64,000 nucleotides of DNA from positions 45,098 to 109,097 of the forward strand of contig JAJECO010000003.1 of the NCBI GenBank assembly GCA_022822005.1, given 5' to 3'. The notes beneath the pieces were generated by a model. The model was not told where the DNA came from and made no database searches. It worked only from the letters and a program-made list of their open reading frames with translations. Positions 39,418 through 48,212 of this stretch are shown piece after piece. Both the position numbers and the translations under genes were made by a program. The DNA is from Candidatus Poribacteria bacterium (GTDB taxonomy: Bacteria > Poribacteria > WGA-4E > PCPOR2b). The first letter of the stretch is position 1. Every line of letters begins with the position of its first letter.

Positions 39418-40905
39418 TCAACTACGAAACCAATCTTTGAGTATCGGATACAGTTCGCAATATCGCTGATAACCTGCCTCATATTGGCGAACCCGATCCG
39501 CATCACATCTGACCGTCTCGCCCAGCACGATTGCTTTTTCACATGCGGACTCGAAGTCCGAAAATATGCCGACACCAACGCCGGCGATGATCGCCGCACC
39601 GATAGCAGACAGCTCCTGCGTCTCCATTATCCGGACATCTTGACCGAAAACATCAGCTTGAATCCTCCTCCAAAGCGGGGACTTCGCCCCGCCCTCACCG
39701 ATACGGATTTCCTCAATCGGAGATCCCAACCGCTTGAAGCATTCGAGCGAGTGTCGGAGGTCGTAGGCCACCCCCTCCATCAGTGCGCGAACCATGTGCC
39801 CCTTAGTATGATGCAACGTCAAACCGAGCCAGCCGGCACGTGCGTGGGGGTCGGGATTCGGCGTTGCCGCTCCTTGAAACCAAGGCATAAAAAACAGCCC
39901 GTCGCTGCCTACGGGCGTGTTTTCAGCCTGTGCAGTCAGGTCTTCAAAACTTTCACCAAACTGATCGGAGGTCCATGCCAGACTCCCTCCACCCGTATAT
40001 GTGCATCCGAGCCAGATGTATTTCCCCGGCACCGCATGGCAGATGGGCCACAGTTGATTGTACCCTTCATCGTTGATAGTTTCGGCAAAAGCCAGCGCGT
40101 GACCCGCAGTGCCAATTCCAACGTTGGCGACCCCCGGTTTGATAACGCCGCCGCCCACCGCCATACACGCCATATCGCCCCCGCCAGCACATACGGGTGT
40201 CCCTACCGCTAACCCCGTTTCTGCGGACGCCTCCGCTGTGATTTCGCCAACCACGAAAGATGATTCGACGATGGGCGGAAAAAGGTCACGACGAATTTCG
40301 AGCGCATCTAAAATCTCATCGCTCCAATCCCGCGTGTAGATGTCCCCAGCCGCCGATATCGAGGCATCCGAAACGTCTGACGCAAAGCTGCCGGTCAGTC
40401 GGAAGCGGATCCAATCTTTCTGAATGAGGGCATACCGGGCATCGTTATAAAGGTCCGGTTCGTGGTCGCGCAGCCAGAGCACTTTCCCCAACGTGTTGAC
40501 AGGGTTCAGCACCTGTAGTACCCGTTTACGAAATAGGTCGCCTGCTCGTTGATTCGCCTCGTCGCACTCTCGCTTCGAGCGCCCGTCCAACCAAGCAATC
40601 GCACGGCGGATCGGCACCCCACGAGCATCCACAAGCATTGCGCTGTTCATCTGCCCCGAAAGCGATACACTTTTTATGTCGTGGATCGAATACGCGGGAT
40701 GGTGGGTCCTGAGTTCTCGGAGCACTTGGCGGCTTGTGTCGCACAGTGCGTTCCACCAATCGTCGGGATTCTGTTCCGCCCAACCGGGGTGCGGTGTCAA
40801 CAACGGATAGTCAGTGCTCGCCATCGACACGATCTGCCCGGCTTCGTCCATCAAGACCGTCTTGGCGTTTGAGGTGCCGAGGTCAATTCCCATAACCAGT
40901 GACAC
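39418..40905 (-). CDS. FGGY carbohydrate kinase, xylulokinase-like
   Basis: GIDLGTS, SLSGQM, KDWIRFRLTG, GGGD, RALMEGVAY, GGAKS.LW. Confidence 0.9.
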   Translation of the reverse strand: MSLVMGIDLGTSNAKTVLMDEAGQIVSMASTDYPLLTPHPGWAEQNPDDWWNALCDTSRQVLRELRTHHPAYSIHDIKSVSLSGQMNSAMLVDARGVPIRRAIAWLDGRSKRECDEANQRAGDLFRKRVLQVLNPVNTLGKVLWLRDHEPDLYNDARYALIQKDWIRFRLTGSFASDVSDASISAAGDIYTRDWSDEILDALEIRRDLFPPIVESSFVVGEITAEASAETGLAVGTPVCAGGGDMACMAVGGGVIKPGVANVGIGTAGHALAFAETINDEGYNQLWPICHAVPGKYIWLGCTYTGGGSLAWTSDQFGESFEDLTAQAENTPVGSDGLFFMPWFQGAATPNPDPHARAGWLGLTLHHTKGHMVRALMEGVAYDLRHSLECFKRLGSPIEEIRIGEGGAKSPLWRRIQADVFGQDVRIMETQELSAIGAAIIAGVGVGIFSDFESACEKAIVLGETVRCDADRVRQYEAGYQRYCELYPILKDWFRS

Positions 40906-41151
40906 GGTTTTTCACCTCTTTCGCGTGAAACGTGATGCGTGAAACGTGAAGAAAAACAACTCGTAGATCTGACGAACCTTTCAAACTCGCTCCCAAACAT
41001 TGAGATGATTACACACACAATCGCAACTTTAATTGATGAGTGACTGAAGGGGTTAAGATGTTGGCAGGAGCACAAGGTAGACCGTTTTACGGGCAGGGAA
41101 ACCCCGCCCCTGCGGGAAGACCGATGGGCTTTGAAATTTAACTGTGATAAC

Positions 41152-41293
41152 CTAGTGCTCTGTCAAGTAAATTATGACAAGTCACTCCCTGCTCGGCTTG
41201 GATAGCCATATCCAAGCCCGACTTGCGGCGGTGTTGTGGTTTTGTCAATCCACAACGAGCAGGACCATTAGCATTTATCTGACAGTGTCCTAG
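41152..41293. mobile_element. CTAG-flanked MITE-like element, family S1
   Basis: CTAG-TGCTCTGTCAAGTAAAT...ATTTATCTGACAGTGTC-CTAG. Confidence 0.8.
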
Positions 41294-41356
41294 GAATACC
41301 GGGCTGCATGGATTCTAACACCCCCGTGCAGCTCGGCATCCTAAATGTTTCTGGGC

Positions 41357-42148
41357 TTAATATCCCAACCCCTGGAGATATTTCCGATTGACGTCCATCC
41401 GGTCCCGATCAGATCGGTCTTCGATCTGGCCCGGGCAGGCTGTGACCCAGCGATCATATCCGATCTCTTCCAAGGTTGTCATAATTTTTGGAAAATCCAT
41501 CACCGTCCCGCTGCCAACATCAACCCAATTTACGTCATAGGATTCGCCATCGCCGCCGGAGAAGCTGGCGTAGTCTTGCAGGTGAACGTAGATCAACTGA
41601 TCCTTGTACCGCTTTATCGACTCGACCGGATCATAACCCCACAACGCTGAGTGCGACACATCAATACACAGCTTGCACTTTCTGAGGAGGCTCATATATT
41701 TCGCCCAATCCTCAATCGAGTCGATCGTCGTATTGGTATGAATGTGGTAACACACCTCAAGGTCGTACTGCCCGGCGTATTCCGCCCATTCCTCTGACAC
41801 ATCTGCAAGTGCAGCGATGTCGTCGTCATTGACGGGACGGTCCTGCGGTTTGCCCGCGCCCATGAACATGAAACAGTCCGCACCGACTTCAGCGGCGAAG
41901 TCCATGCGCCGTTTGTTCATCTCCATCTGTTCCCAATCCTTGTCAATCGGCAGTCCCCGCGCGGTGACCACGACGACCGGCATACCAACGTTATCACAGA
42001 TCTGTCGGACCCGCTTAGGCGTTCCCACCCAATCAAAGGATTGGCGCATCTCCCATCCGTCCCATCCGGCTTCCTTGAGTTCTAACAGAAGCGGTTCGAG
42101 GTCAGGTGTCTGCCATCGTAATGTGCTGTAACCAAGTTTGAAACCCAT
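41357..42148 (-). CDS. Sugar phosphate isomerase/epimerase (IolE-like)
   Basis: YHIH, LCIDVSH, YVHLQD, VGSG..DF motifs. Confidence 0.8.
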   Translation of the reverse strand: MGFKLGYSTLRWQTPDLEPLLLELKEAGWDGWEMRQSFDWVGTPKRVRQICDNVGMPVVVVTARGLPIDKDWEQMEMNKRRMDFAAEVGADCFMFMGAGKPQDRPVNDDDIAALADVSEEWAEYAGQYDLEVCYHIHTNTTIDSIEDWAKYMSLLRKCKLCIDVSHSALWGYDPVESIKRYKDQLIYVHLQDYASFSGGDGESYDVNWVDVGSGTVMDFPKIMTTLEEIGYDRWVTACPGQIEDRSDRDRMDVNRKYLQGLGY

Positions 42149-42216
42149 AATTTAGCCTCCATAATACAATGTGTGAATTGGCTCTGAACGGTCGTGTGTG
42201 AGCCACAACGAGAAGA

Positions 42217-42244
42217 TTGACAAATCAACGAACGAGAGTATAAT
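42217..42244 (+). promoter_or_regulatory. Consensus sigma70 promoter whose -10 box is the insertion site of an S5 element
   Basis: TTGACA-N16-TATAAT. Confidence 0.7.
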
Positions 42245-42245
42245 A

Positions 42246-42428
42246 ACCTGAGTTGCTAGTTGCTAAGCCGGCTCGGCTTGGATAGGCATATCCAAGTCTC
42301 GGACTCTCGGAACGGAGCCATCTTTGCGCGTGTGCAGTGGATTTGTCAATCCACTGCGAGCAGTGAGGAACTCGATTTCGTTTTCATGCTTCCGCTTTGC
42401 GACATTTCACATCAATAGCAACTTGCGT
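42246..42428. mobile_element. MITE-like element, family S5, with 7-bp target duplication TATAATA
   Basis: ACCTGAGTTGCTA...TAGCAACTTGCGT flanked by TATAATA at 42239-42245 and 42429-42435. Confidence 0.8.
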
Positions 42429-42558
42429 TATAATAGCCAATTGAGAATCCACGGTAACGTCCTACAGGCTTGTAATTGCGAAGTTTTCTTTGTAGGCGTT
42501 CCACGAGATTATTATGGAACAGATAGGGGCAGTTGTCAAGGATTTTCTGAGGCTCAAA

Positions 42559-42681
42559 TAGGGTCATTTAGTTTTACTGTAGGAGGGATCTCCGAATCCC
42601 GACATCCCACTGTAGGCGTGATCCCCCGGTTGCACCTGTTCAAACAAAATGGTAAAAAAAGCCGAAAACTGAATAGTCCCA
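42559..42681. mobile_element. MITE-like element, family S4
   Basis: Homologous to 11895-12016. Confidence 0.75.
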
Positions 42682-42702
42682 GAGGCTCAAAAGGAGGCGG
42701 AT

Positions 42703-43485
42703 ATGCGAGTATTTATTCTTGGTGATTTGGAAGGAACCGCTGGAGTCGTCGACTTTCATCAACAGACCTATAGCGATGCGAAATACTATGAGCAAGCAAA
42801 GCGGCTTGCGACCTTGGAGGTGAATGCACTCGTTGACGGTGTATTGGAAGGCGGAGCGCAGGAGGTGTGGTTTTTAGACGGTCACGGTCCGGGTGGAATC
42901 GACTATGAACTGATGCATCCGGAAGCACAGATGATCATCGGTCGTCCAATTTCGGCGCCCTGGGGATTGGATGCGTCGTTCGATGCGTTTATGCTTTACG
43001 GGCACCATTCGATGGGAAACACAGAACGCGGTGTCCTCTGTCACAGCTGGAGTTCGCGCACAATTGCCAACTGCTGGCTTAATGGGGAATTGATAGGGGA
43101 GATTGGATTTAATGCAGCGGTCGCAGGCTCGTTCGGTATTCCAACGGTATTCATCAGTGGGGACGATACGGCAATTGCTGAAACGCAGAGGTATGTCCCG
43201 AACATCGTATCGGTAATGACGAAGAGGGGACTATCGCAGACAAGTGCGTTGTCGCTCGCGCCCGCGAAAGCGAGAGAGCTCTTGCAGACTGGCGGCAGGG
43301 AAGCGATGGGAAAAATTGGAGAAATTAAGCCGTTTAGTATTGATCCGCCTTACGAATTTATCACAGAACTGCTGGACGAAAAGGCGGTTGACGCGAAGGC
43401 GAAACGGTCGGAGGTTGAACGGTTAGATTCGCATAGATACAAGATTGTTGGCGACACGCTCGTCGAAATTGCACACCACCGGTAG
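42703..43485 (+). CDS. M55 family D-aminopeptidase (DppA-like)
   Basis: DLEG, DGHG, GHH, HS, GE and SGDD motifs; GGAGG ribosome-binding site. Confidence 0.9.
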   Translation: MRVFILGDLEGTAGVVDFHQQTYSDAKYYEQAKRLATLEVNALVDGVLEGGAQEVWFLDGHGPGGIDYELMHPEAQMIIGRPISAPWGLDASFDAFMLYGHHSMGNTERGVLCHSWSSRTIANCWLNGELIGEIGFNAAVAGSFGIPTVFISGDDTAIAETQRYVPNIVSVMTKRGLSQTSALSLAPAKARELLQTGGREAMGKIGEIKPFSIDPPYEFITELLDEKAVDAKAKRSEVERLDSHRYKIVGDTLVEIAHHR

Positions 43486-43513
43486 TGCTGTTGGTGGCAG
43501 CAATATGCCCTTC

Positions 43514-44329
43514 CTATCTTCCGAACCGTCGTTCTCGATGGCTATAGTCACGGATTGCCCGAAGGAAGTCAATCTTTCTGAAGCCGGGCCAATAGGTGTC
43601 GCAGAAGTAGTATTCTGAATAGGCGCTCTGCCAGAGCATGAAGCCGCTGAGCCGAATCTCGCCGCTGGTTCGGATAATCAGGTCTGGGTCTGGCAGATTG
43701 GAGGTGTAGAGATGCTCGGTAATCGCATCCGCACTCAGTTCTGCCGCTATCTGGTCCGGTGCTTTACCTTCCGCCGACTCCGATTTTAGGTAACGCCGAA
43801 ACGCCTCGACGATCTCCTCACGCCCACCGTACGCTACAGCGACATTGAGAATAAATTTATCGTAGTTCTTTGTCGCTTCCTCCACATCGCGAATAGCTTC
43901 TTGGAGGCTCGGCGGCAGTAATTCGAGCTTGCCCATGGGCCGCACCTGAATCTGGTTGGTATGGAGCCCTTCGATGGTGAGGAGCGATCGCATTTTCGTC
44001 TCAATGACATTGAAGATCTCCTCCACCTCCTCTTCTTTGCGATTGACAAAGTTATCGAGGGAGCAGATCCAGATTGAGACAATTTTTACCCCCAATTCAT
44101 CGCACCAATGAAGAACTTCTTCCAGCTTGTCCCCGCCTTCAGAGTGTCCGTACTGCCGTTTAGCGGCATCAAAAAAGCCTTCCGTTTTCGCGTACCTCCG
44201 GTTCCCATCCAAGATAATTCCGATATGATAAGGGGTATGCCACTGACTCGCCTCGCGCTCAAGCCGTTTCTGATACAGGAGGTAGAACAGTTGTTTAATC
44301 TTCTTTTTGATGAACTGTAATGGCTGCAT
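43514..44329 (-). CDS. cis-Prenyltransferase (UppS family)
   Basis: IILDGNRRYA, AVAYGGREEI, PDPDLIIRTSGEIRLSGFMLWQ, RERRFGR. Confidence 0.93.
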   Translation of the reverse strand: MQPLQFIKKKIKQLFYLLYQKRLEREASQWHTPYHIGIILDGNRRYAKTEGFFDAAKRQYGHSEGGDKLEEVLHWCDELGVKIVSIWICSLDNFVNRKEEEVEEIFNVIETKMRSLLTIEGLHTNQIQVRPMGKLELLPPSLQEAIRDVEEATKNYDKFILNVAVAYGGREEIVEAFRRYLKSESAEGKAPDQIAAELSADAITEHLYTSNLPDPDLIIRTSGEIRLSGFMLWQSAYSEYYFCDTYWPGFRKIDFLRAIRDYSHRERRFGR

Positions 44330-44345
44330 AATGGATAGATGTAAC

Positions 44346-45293
44346 CTAACGTGAGTTGTCTTCAGGGAGTTCAAAGTCGCTCAACTCAAAATCCCCAGAA
44401 AAAAGTAGATTCACGAATACCCCATCCGTTAATTCCCTTTCGGTCAACAGATAGGTATACTGATATTTAACAACACCGAGGTTCGGAACCACCCAATACT
44501 TTGCGGGTTCGTAATTTGCCGCCTCCAACCGCTGGGAATCGTCAGAGAATTTTAACGCTGGCAGTTGTGACAAACCGACGATTTCCTCCTCAACCAGGTA
44601 GGCATTATTATACGTTCCGGCAGGAACGGTTATTGATACATCCGCATCAATAACACGACGGATCACCCGATGCGCCGGTGATGTTTTAGTTTCAAAGACA
44701 GTCCACTCTTTTCCGACCTGCAAGGGAAAATCCCAGATAAGGCGCGGCGGGAAATGTTTCTGATGCAACACAGGGTTATCAAGAAAGGAAATATAAACAT
44801 CAAATGCCGATTCGGTATAGGTCTGCGGCGTGTTACGGAAATAGGTTGCATACAATGGCAGATCGAAATCCAGAAAATCAGAGTCGATGCGAAAGTAGCG
44901 CGCATTTGTAGAGAGATGATCGACCGCTGCCCGGAAGACCCGCTCCTCCTCCCCGCGATCTGTGCGAACAATTGATTTGATTTCACTGACAGTTGCCTGA
45001 CGATGGGTAAACCCGCTAATGTCTCGTGTACCCTCAATCCTTATTGTAAACGTCTCCTCCAATAGTGCCTGGATGACTTCCCCCTCACCAGGATTATACA
45101 ATCCAAATCCGACGTTAAGATAGGTCCATGCGGATCCGTTGCTTGTAGGGAAATCGGCAGCTTGAAATCCTTCGCTGGAAGGCGGTGAGAGTTCGACTGC
45201 ACCGTGAGGGTCGATCAAACCCTCCTCCCCACAACCGAGGCAGGAAAGTAGCACGATAGAAAAAAGAAAAATAACGACTCTGTTTTTTGTCAC
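44346..45293 (-). CDS. Hypothetical lipoprotein
   Basis: Lipobox CLGC; FP...G..WTY, VPAGTY and YWVVPNLGVVK motifs. Confidence 0.7.
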   Translation of the reverse strand: MTKNRVVIFLFSIVLLSCLGCGEEGLIDPHGAVELSPPSSEGFQAADFPTSNGSAWTYLNVGFGLYNPGEGEVIQALLEETFTIRIEGTRDISGFTHRQATVSEIKSIVRTDRGEEERVFRAAVDHLSTNARYFRIDSDFLDFDLPLYATYFRNTPQTYTESAFDVYISFLDNPVLHQKHFPPRLIWDFPLQVGKEWTVFETKTSPAHRVIRRVIDADVSITVPAGTYNNAYLVEEEIVGLSQLPALKFSDDSQRLEAANYEPAKYWVVPNLGVVKYQYTYLLTERELTDGVFVNLLFSGDFELSDFELPEDNSR

Positions 45294-45338
45294 GTCAAGG
45301 AAGCCTTTATTGTAATGGAAACAATTACGCTTTGCAAT

Positions 45339-47720
45339 CTACTTTAGAATCGCCATTTTGCGCGTGGAGACATAATCGCCGGCTTTCAGGACATAGAAAT
45401 AGACACCGCTGGCGGCGCGCTCCCCCAGTTGGGTGCGTCCATCCCAGTAAGCGGCTTTATCCTTGCTGATGTACCGCCCGCGCGCTTTCATACCGAGACG
45501 CAATGTTCGTACCACCTGTCCTGATACATTGTAGATTTCAACTGAAACGGATGCGTCGTTCCCTAATTCGTAGGGGATCCAAACGTCTGGATTGAAAGGA
45601 TTTGGGTAACTTTGGAGCAGCTGCGTCTGCGCCGGGGCAGCGGGGGTATTCGCAGGGTTAAAGATGGGGGTAATCCCATTTGGGTCAATGCTCGGTGTAC
45701 CCATAATTCCAATTGCATCAACGGGCACAACCGCGTAATAGTAGCGGGTCTCCGCCGGATCGAAACGGCTGTTATCTACCTCGATATCTTGAAATATTGT
45801 GGTGTCCACAAAGTGCGTATCCGTCGCATCGACCCGCCCGACAATATTGATATCATCGTCGGGGATGCCGTCGTCATTCCGATCTGCGGCGTTCAGCACT
45901 TCCGCGGCGGTCTGGAACGGCTGCGGGTCATCGGTTTCGATTAACGATGTATACCGCTTGCGAACGATAACCACTTCACGGATATCCGTCAAATCTTCAA
46001 GTTCCCACTGCACACGCACACCTCTGTCGCCTTCTTGGGAGACTGTGGGCGCCGAAAGAGAGCCGACGGGCGGACGATCTGCCATATAACTGACTGCACC
46101 GCCGAAATAGCCCCCACCGGGGATAACAACCTGCTCGACATCCGGACGTAGATTTATCAGGATGAGTGTGATCTTCTTGATATCGCTCCCGAAATCGTTA
46201 AAGGTGATCTGCCCCTCTTGCGAACGTTGGTAGGTGAACGCCTCCCGGATCTCGTGCGTCCCGTCCTGTTTTTCAACGATAAACTTTGCCCCCCAACCGC
46301 GCACACCAAAAACATCGAGTCGATCCAATTCGTTCTGAATTTCCGCTCGATCTGTCACGTATAGCGCGCTCATGTCGATTGGAGCGATGTCGGCACCATC
46401 AACCTTGACGGCGAATTCGTTCATTACAACGCCGGGAGGCGGTTCAAAGACGATATAGCGTGCCGAGAACGGCTCCGGCATCGCCTCTGAATCAAAGTCA
46501 ACGCGGATAGGATAGCCGTCATGTATATCGCTCGGGTGGATGGCAACCGGCGGAAAGCGGTGTCCATTGAGGTAGTGCTTCCCATCATCCCGGTCATGCG
46601 TAAAGTAGTTCCACTCGGTAAAGGTCTTAAACGCCTCGACCAAGGTTGTACCGTGGTTGGTAAAGACATCTAAAAAATTGCCGAATTCGCGGTAAGAACC
46701 ATCCGTCGAATCCCCAAAAAACTGACGGACAATATCGACATCGAATCGTTCCGCCATATAAAATACCCAGATCACCGCTGCATATTCGCGCAACCCGACC
46801 CGACTGTCGAGCGCGAGGTCAGGCTGATCCAAAAAGATACCAAGCTGTCTGGGGTAATAGTCGTAGGCATCGGTCTCACCAATCTCGTCGGGATCCGGGA
46901 TATCATCGCGATCATCAATCAGTCCCCCATCGTATACTTTTGACTCAATCCATGTCGCTGACGCTTCCATGAACCAACCCGGCATCCGTGCGTTGTACGC
47001 GAACTGAATCCCGTGCAGAAATTCATGTGCGGTGGTTGTTTCTATGAAACGGTTGCCCTCTAACTTGCCAAAATAGTCATAGAGGCGGGAATTTATCGCA
47101 AAATAGGGACCGAAGGTCACGACGGTCGGTCGTATTCGCCCATGATACCAATTGGTCGTTGTAAAGCCGAGCGCCGGAAACTGAAACAGGTACACATCAT
47201 ATTTATGATTGCCGCCGTTGTACGCGTCCCAAAAATCGTCATAAGGCTTTTTGAACCCCATCAGATTGACCTCGACATGGAACGATTTCTCGTGTGCTTC
47301 GGCACAAAGATCGACGTAGTCCGGCACACCGTTCAACGGATTGACATCTTCGAGCGGTGGTGCATGTGGACCGACGGTGGTGTAGTGGAGCCGAAAATGG
47401 GGCGTATCAAACTTGTTTGGGAGATGGACGGAACCGTAAGGGCTGCCGGGTTGTCCGGGCCGCAGGAAAATCCCTTGAAACTCGCGCTGATAGATCGCTG
47501 GCAGGCGGTCCCAGTTCTGGGCGAGGATGTTGAAAGTGTCCGTAAAACATTCCTCAATCTCGCTGGGGGCATAACTCGATTTGGGATTGATATATTTTCG
47601 GGCGGATCGGATGGCGCTATACAACGCCGGATCAGGTGGACGTGCGTCAAGAAAGACGGGCGTGGCAGTGAGAATGCCGAAGGCCAATGACAGGGCTAGG
47701 ATAAATTTCAGGTAGTTCAC
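45339..47720 (-). CDS. Secreted zinc metalloprotease (MXAN_6640-like) with C-terminal FlgD-Ig/T9SS-CTD-like domain
   Basis: Signal peptide, NGVPDYV, AHEFLHGIQ with WFMEASATW, C-terminal LLQSYPNPFNP...SGVYFY. Confidence 0.8.
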   Translation of the reverse strand: MNYLKFILALSLAFGILTATPVFLDARPPDPALYSAIRSARKYINPKSSYAPSEIEECFTDTFNILAQNWDRLPAIYQREFQGIFLRPGQPGSPYGSVHLPNKFDTPHFRLHYTTVGPHAPPLEDVNPLNGVPDYVDLCAEAHEKSFHVEVNLMGFKKPYDDFWDAYNGGNHKYDVYLFQFPALGFTTTNWYHGRIRPTVVTFGPYFAINSRLYDYFGKLEGNRFIETTTAHEFLHGIQFAYNARMPGWFMEASATWIESKVYDGGLIDDRDDIPDPDEIGETDAYDYYPRQLGIFLDQPDLALDSRVGLREYAAVIWVFYMAERFDVDIVRQFFGDSTDGSYREFGNFLDVFTNHGTTLVEAFKTFTEWNYFTHDRDDGKHYLNGHRFPPVAIHPSDIHDGYPIRVDFDSEAMPEPFSARYIVFEPPPGVVMNEFAVKVDGADIAPIDMSALYVTDRAEIQNELDRLDVFGVRGWGAKFIVEKQDGTHEIREAFTYQRSQEGQITFNDFGSDIKKITLILINLRPDVEQVVIPGGGYFGGAVSYMADRPPVGSLSAPTVSQEGDRGVRVQWELEDLTDIREVVIVRKRYTSLIETDDPQPFQTAAEVLNAADRNDDGIPDDDINIVGRVDATDTHFVDTTIFQDIEVDNSRFDPAETRYYYAVVPVDAIGIMGTPSIDPNGITPIFNPANTPAAPAQTQLLQSYPNPFNPDVWIPYELGNDASVSVEIYNVSGQVVRTLRLGMKARGRYISKDKAAYWDGRTQLGERAASGVYFYVLKAGDYVSTRKMAILK

Positions 47721-47786
47721 TTACATTCCTCTGAATCGCGATATTTTGGGGTGTGCCAATCGCATTAAGATAGCGTTATATGGGCA

Positions 47787-47816
47787 ATAATAACATCTCG
47801 GCTCTTTTCTTGTCAA
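47787..47816 (-). promoter_or_regulatory. Putative sigma70 promoter of the metalloprotease operon
   Basis: TTGACA-N18-TATTAT with a TG extension. Confidence 0.5.
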
Positions 47817-48212
47817 TAACTTTGGGGAATGGGGTTAGGGGATTGAACTTGGGTTTGTACTTTTCGCCATTTGTTCCTTATGATATACTGGGAGGTGTTG
47901 ATTTATTGTTCTCCCGGCAGAAAGTGCATTAACACGAGTTGATAGGTTTTACAGATGCATTGCACATTTAAGGTTAAAAGCGACAACTGGCTTGCACGGT
48001 GTCGGGCAACGATCTTGGTTCATTCGACATTGACCTACCGAAGCATTTATCCACAATCGCTCAAAAAATGAACACTACTGTTCGCTATCAGCACACCGAT
48101 TTGAAGCATTTCTGCGCTGCAACAGGTTATACAGGCAGCGTGATTCGGCATGAAAATTGCCCTCCGTTACAGCAATTGAAATTACTCTTCGCAAACGATA
48201 TGGAGGGAAACG

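Noticed and set aside
39415-40212. Long antisense ORFs (also 21199-22008, 25737-26396 and 34373-35540)
   Set aside because: They overlap well-supported genes on the opposite strand and have no recognisable motifs
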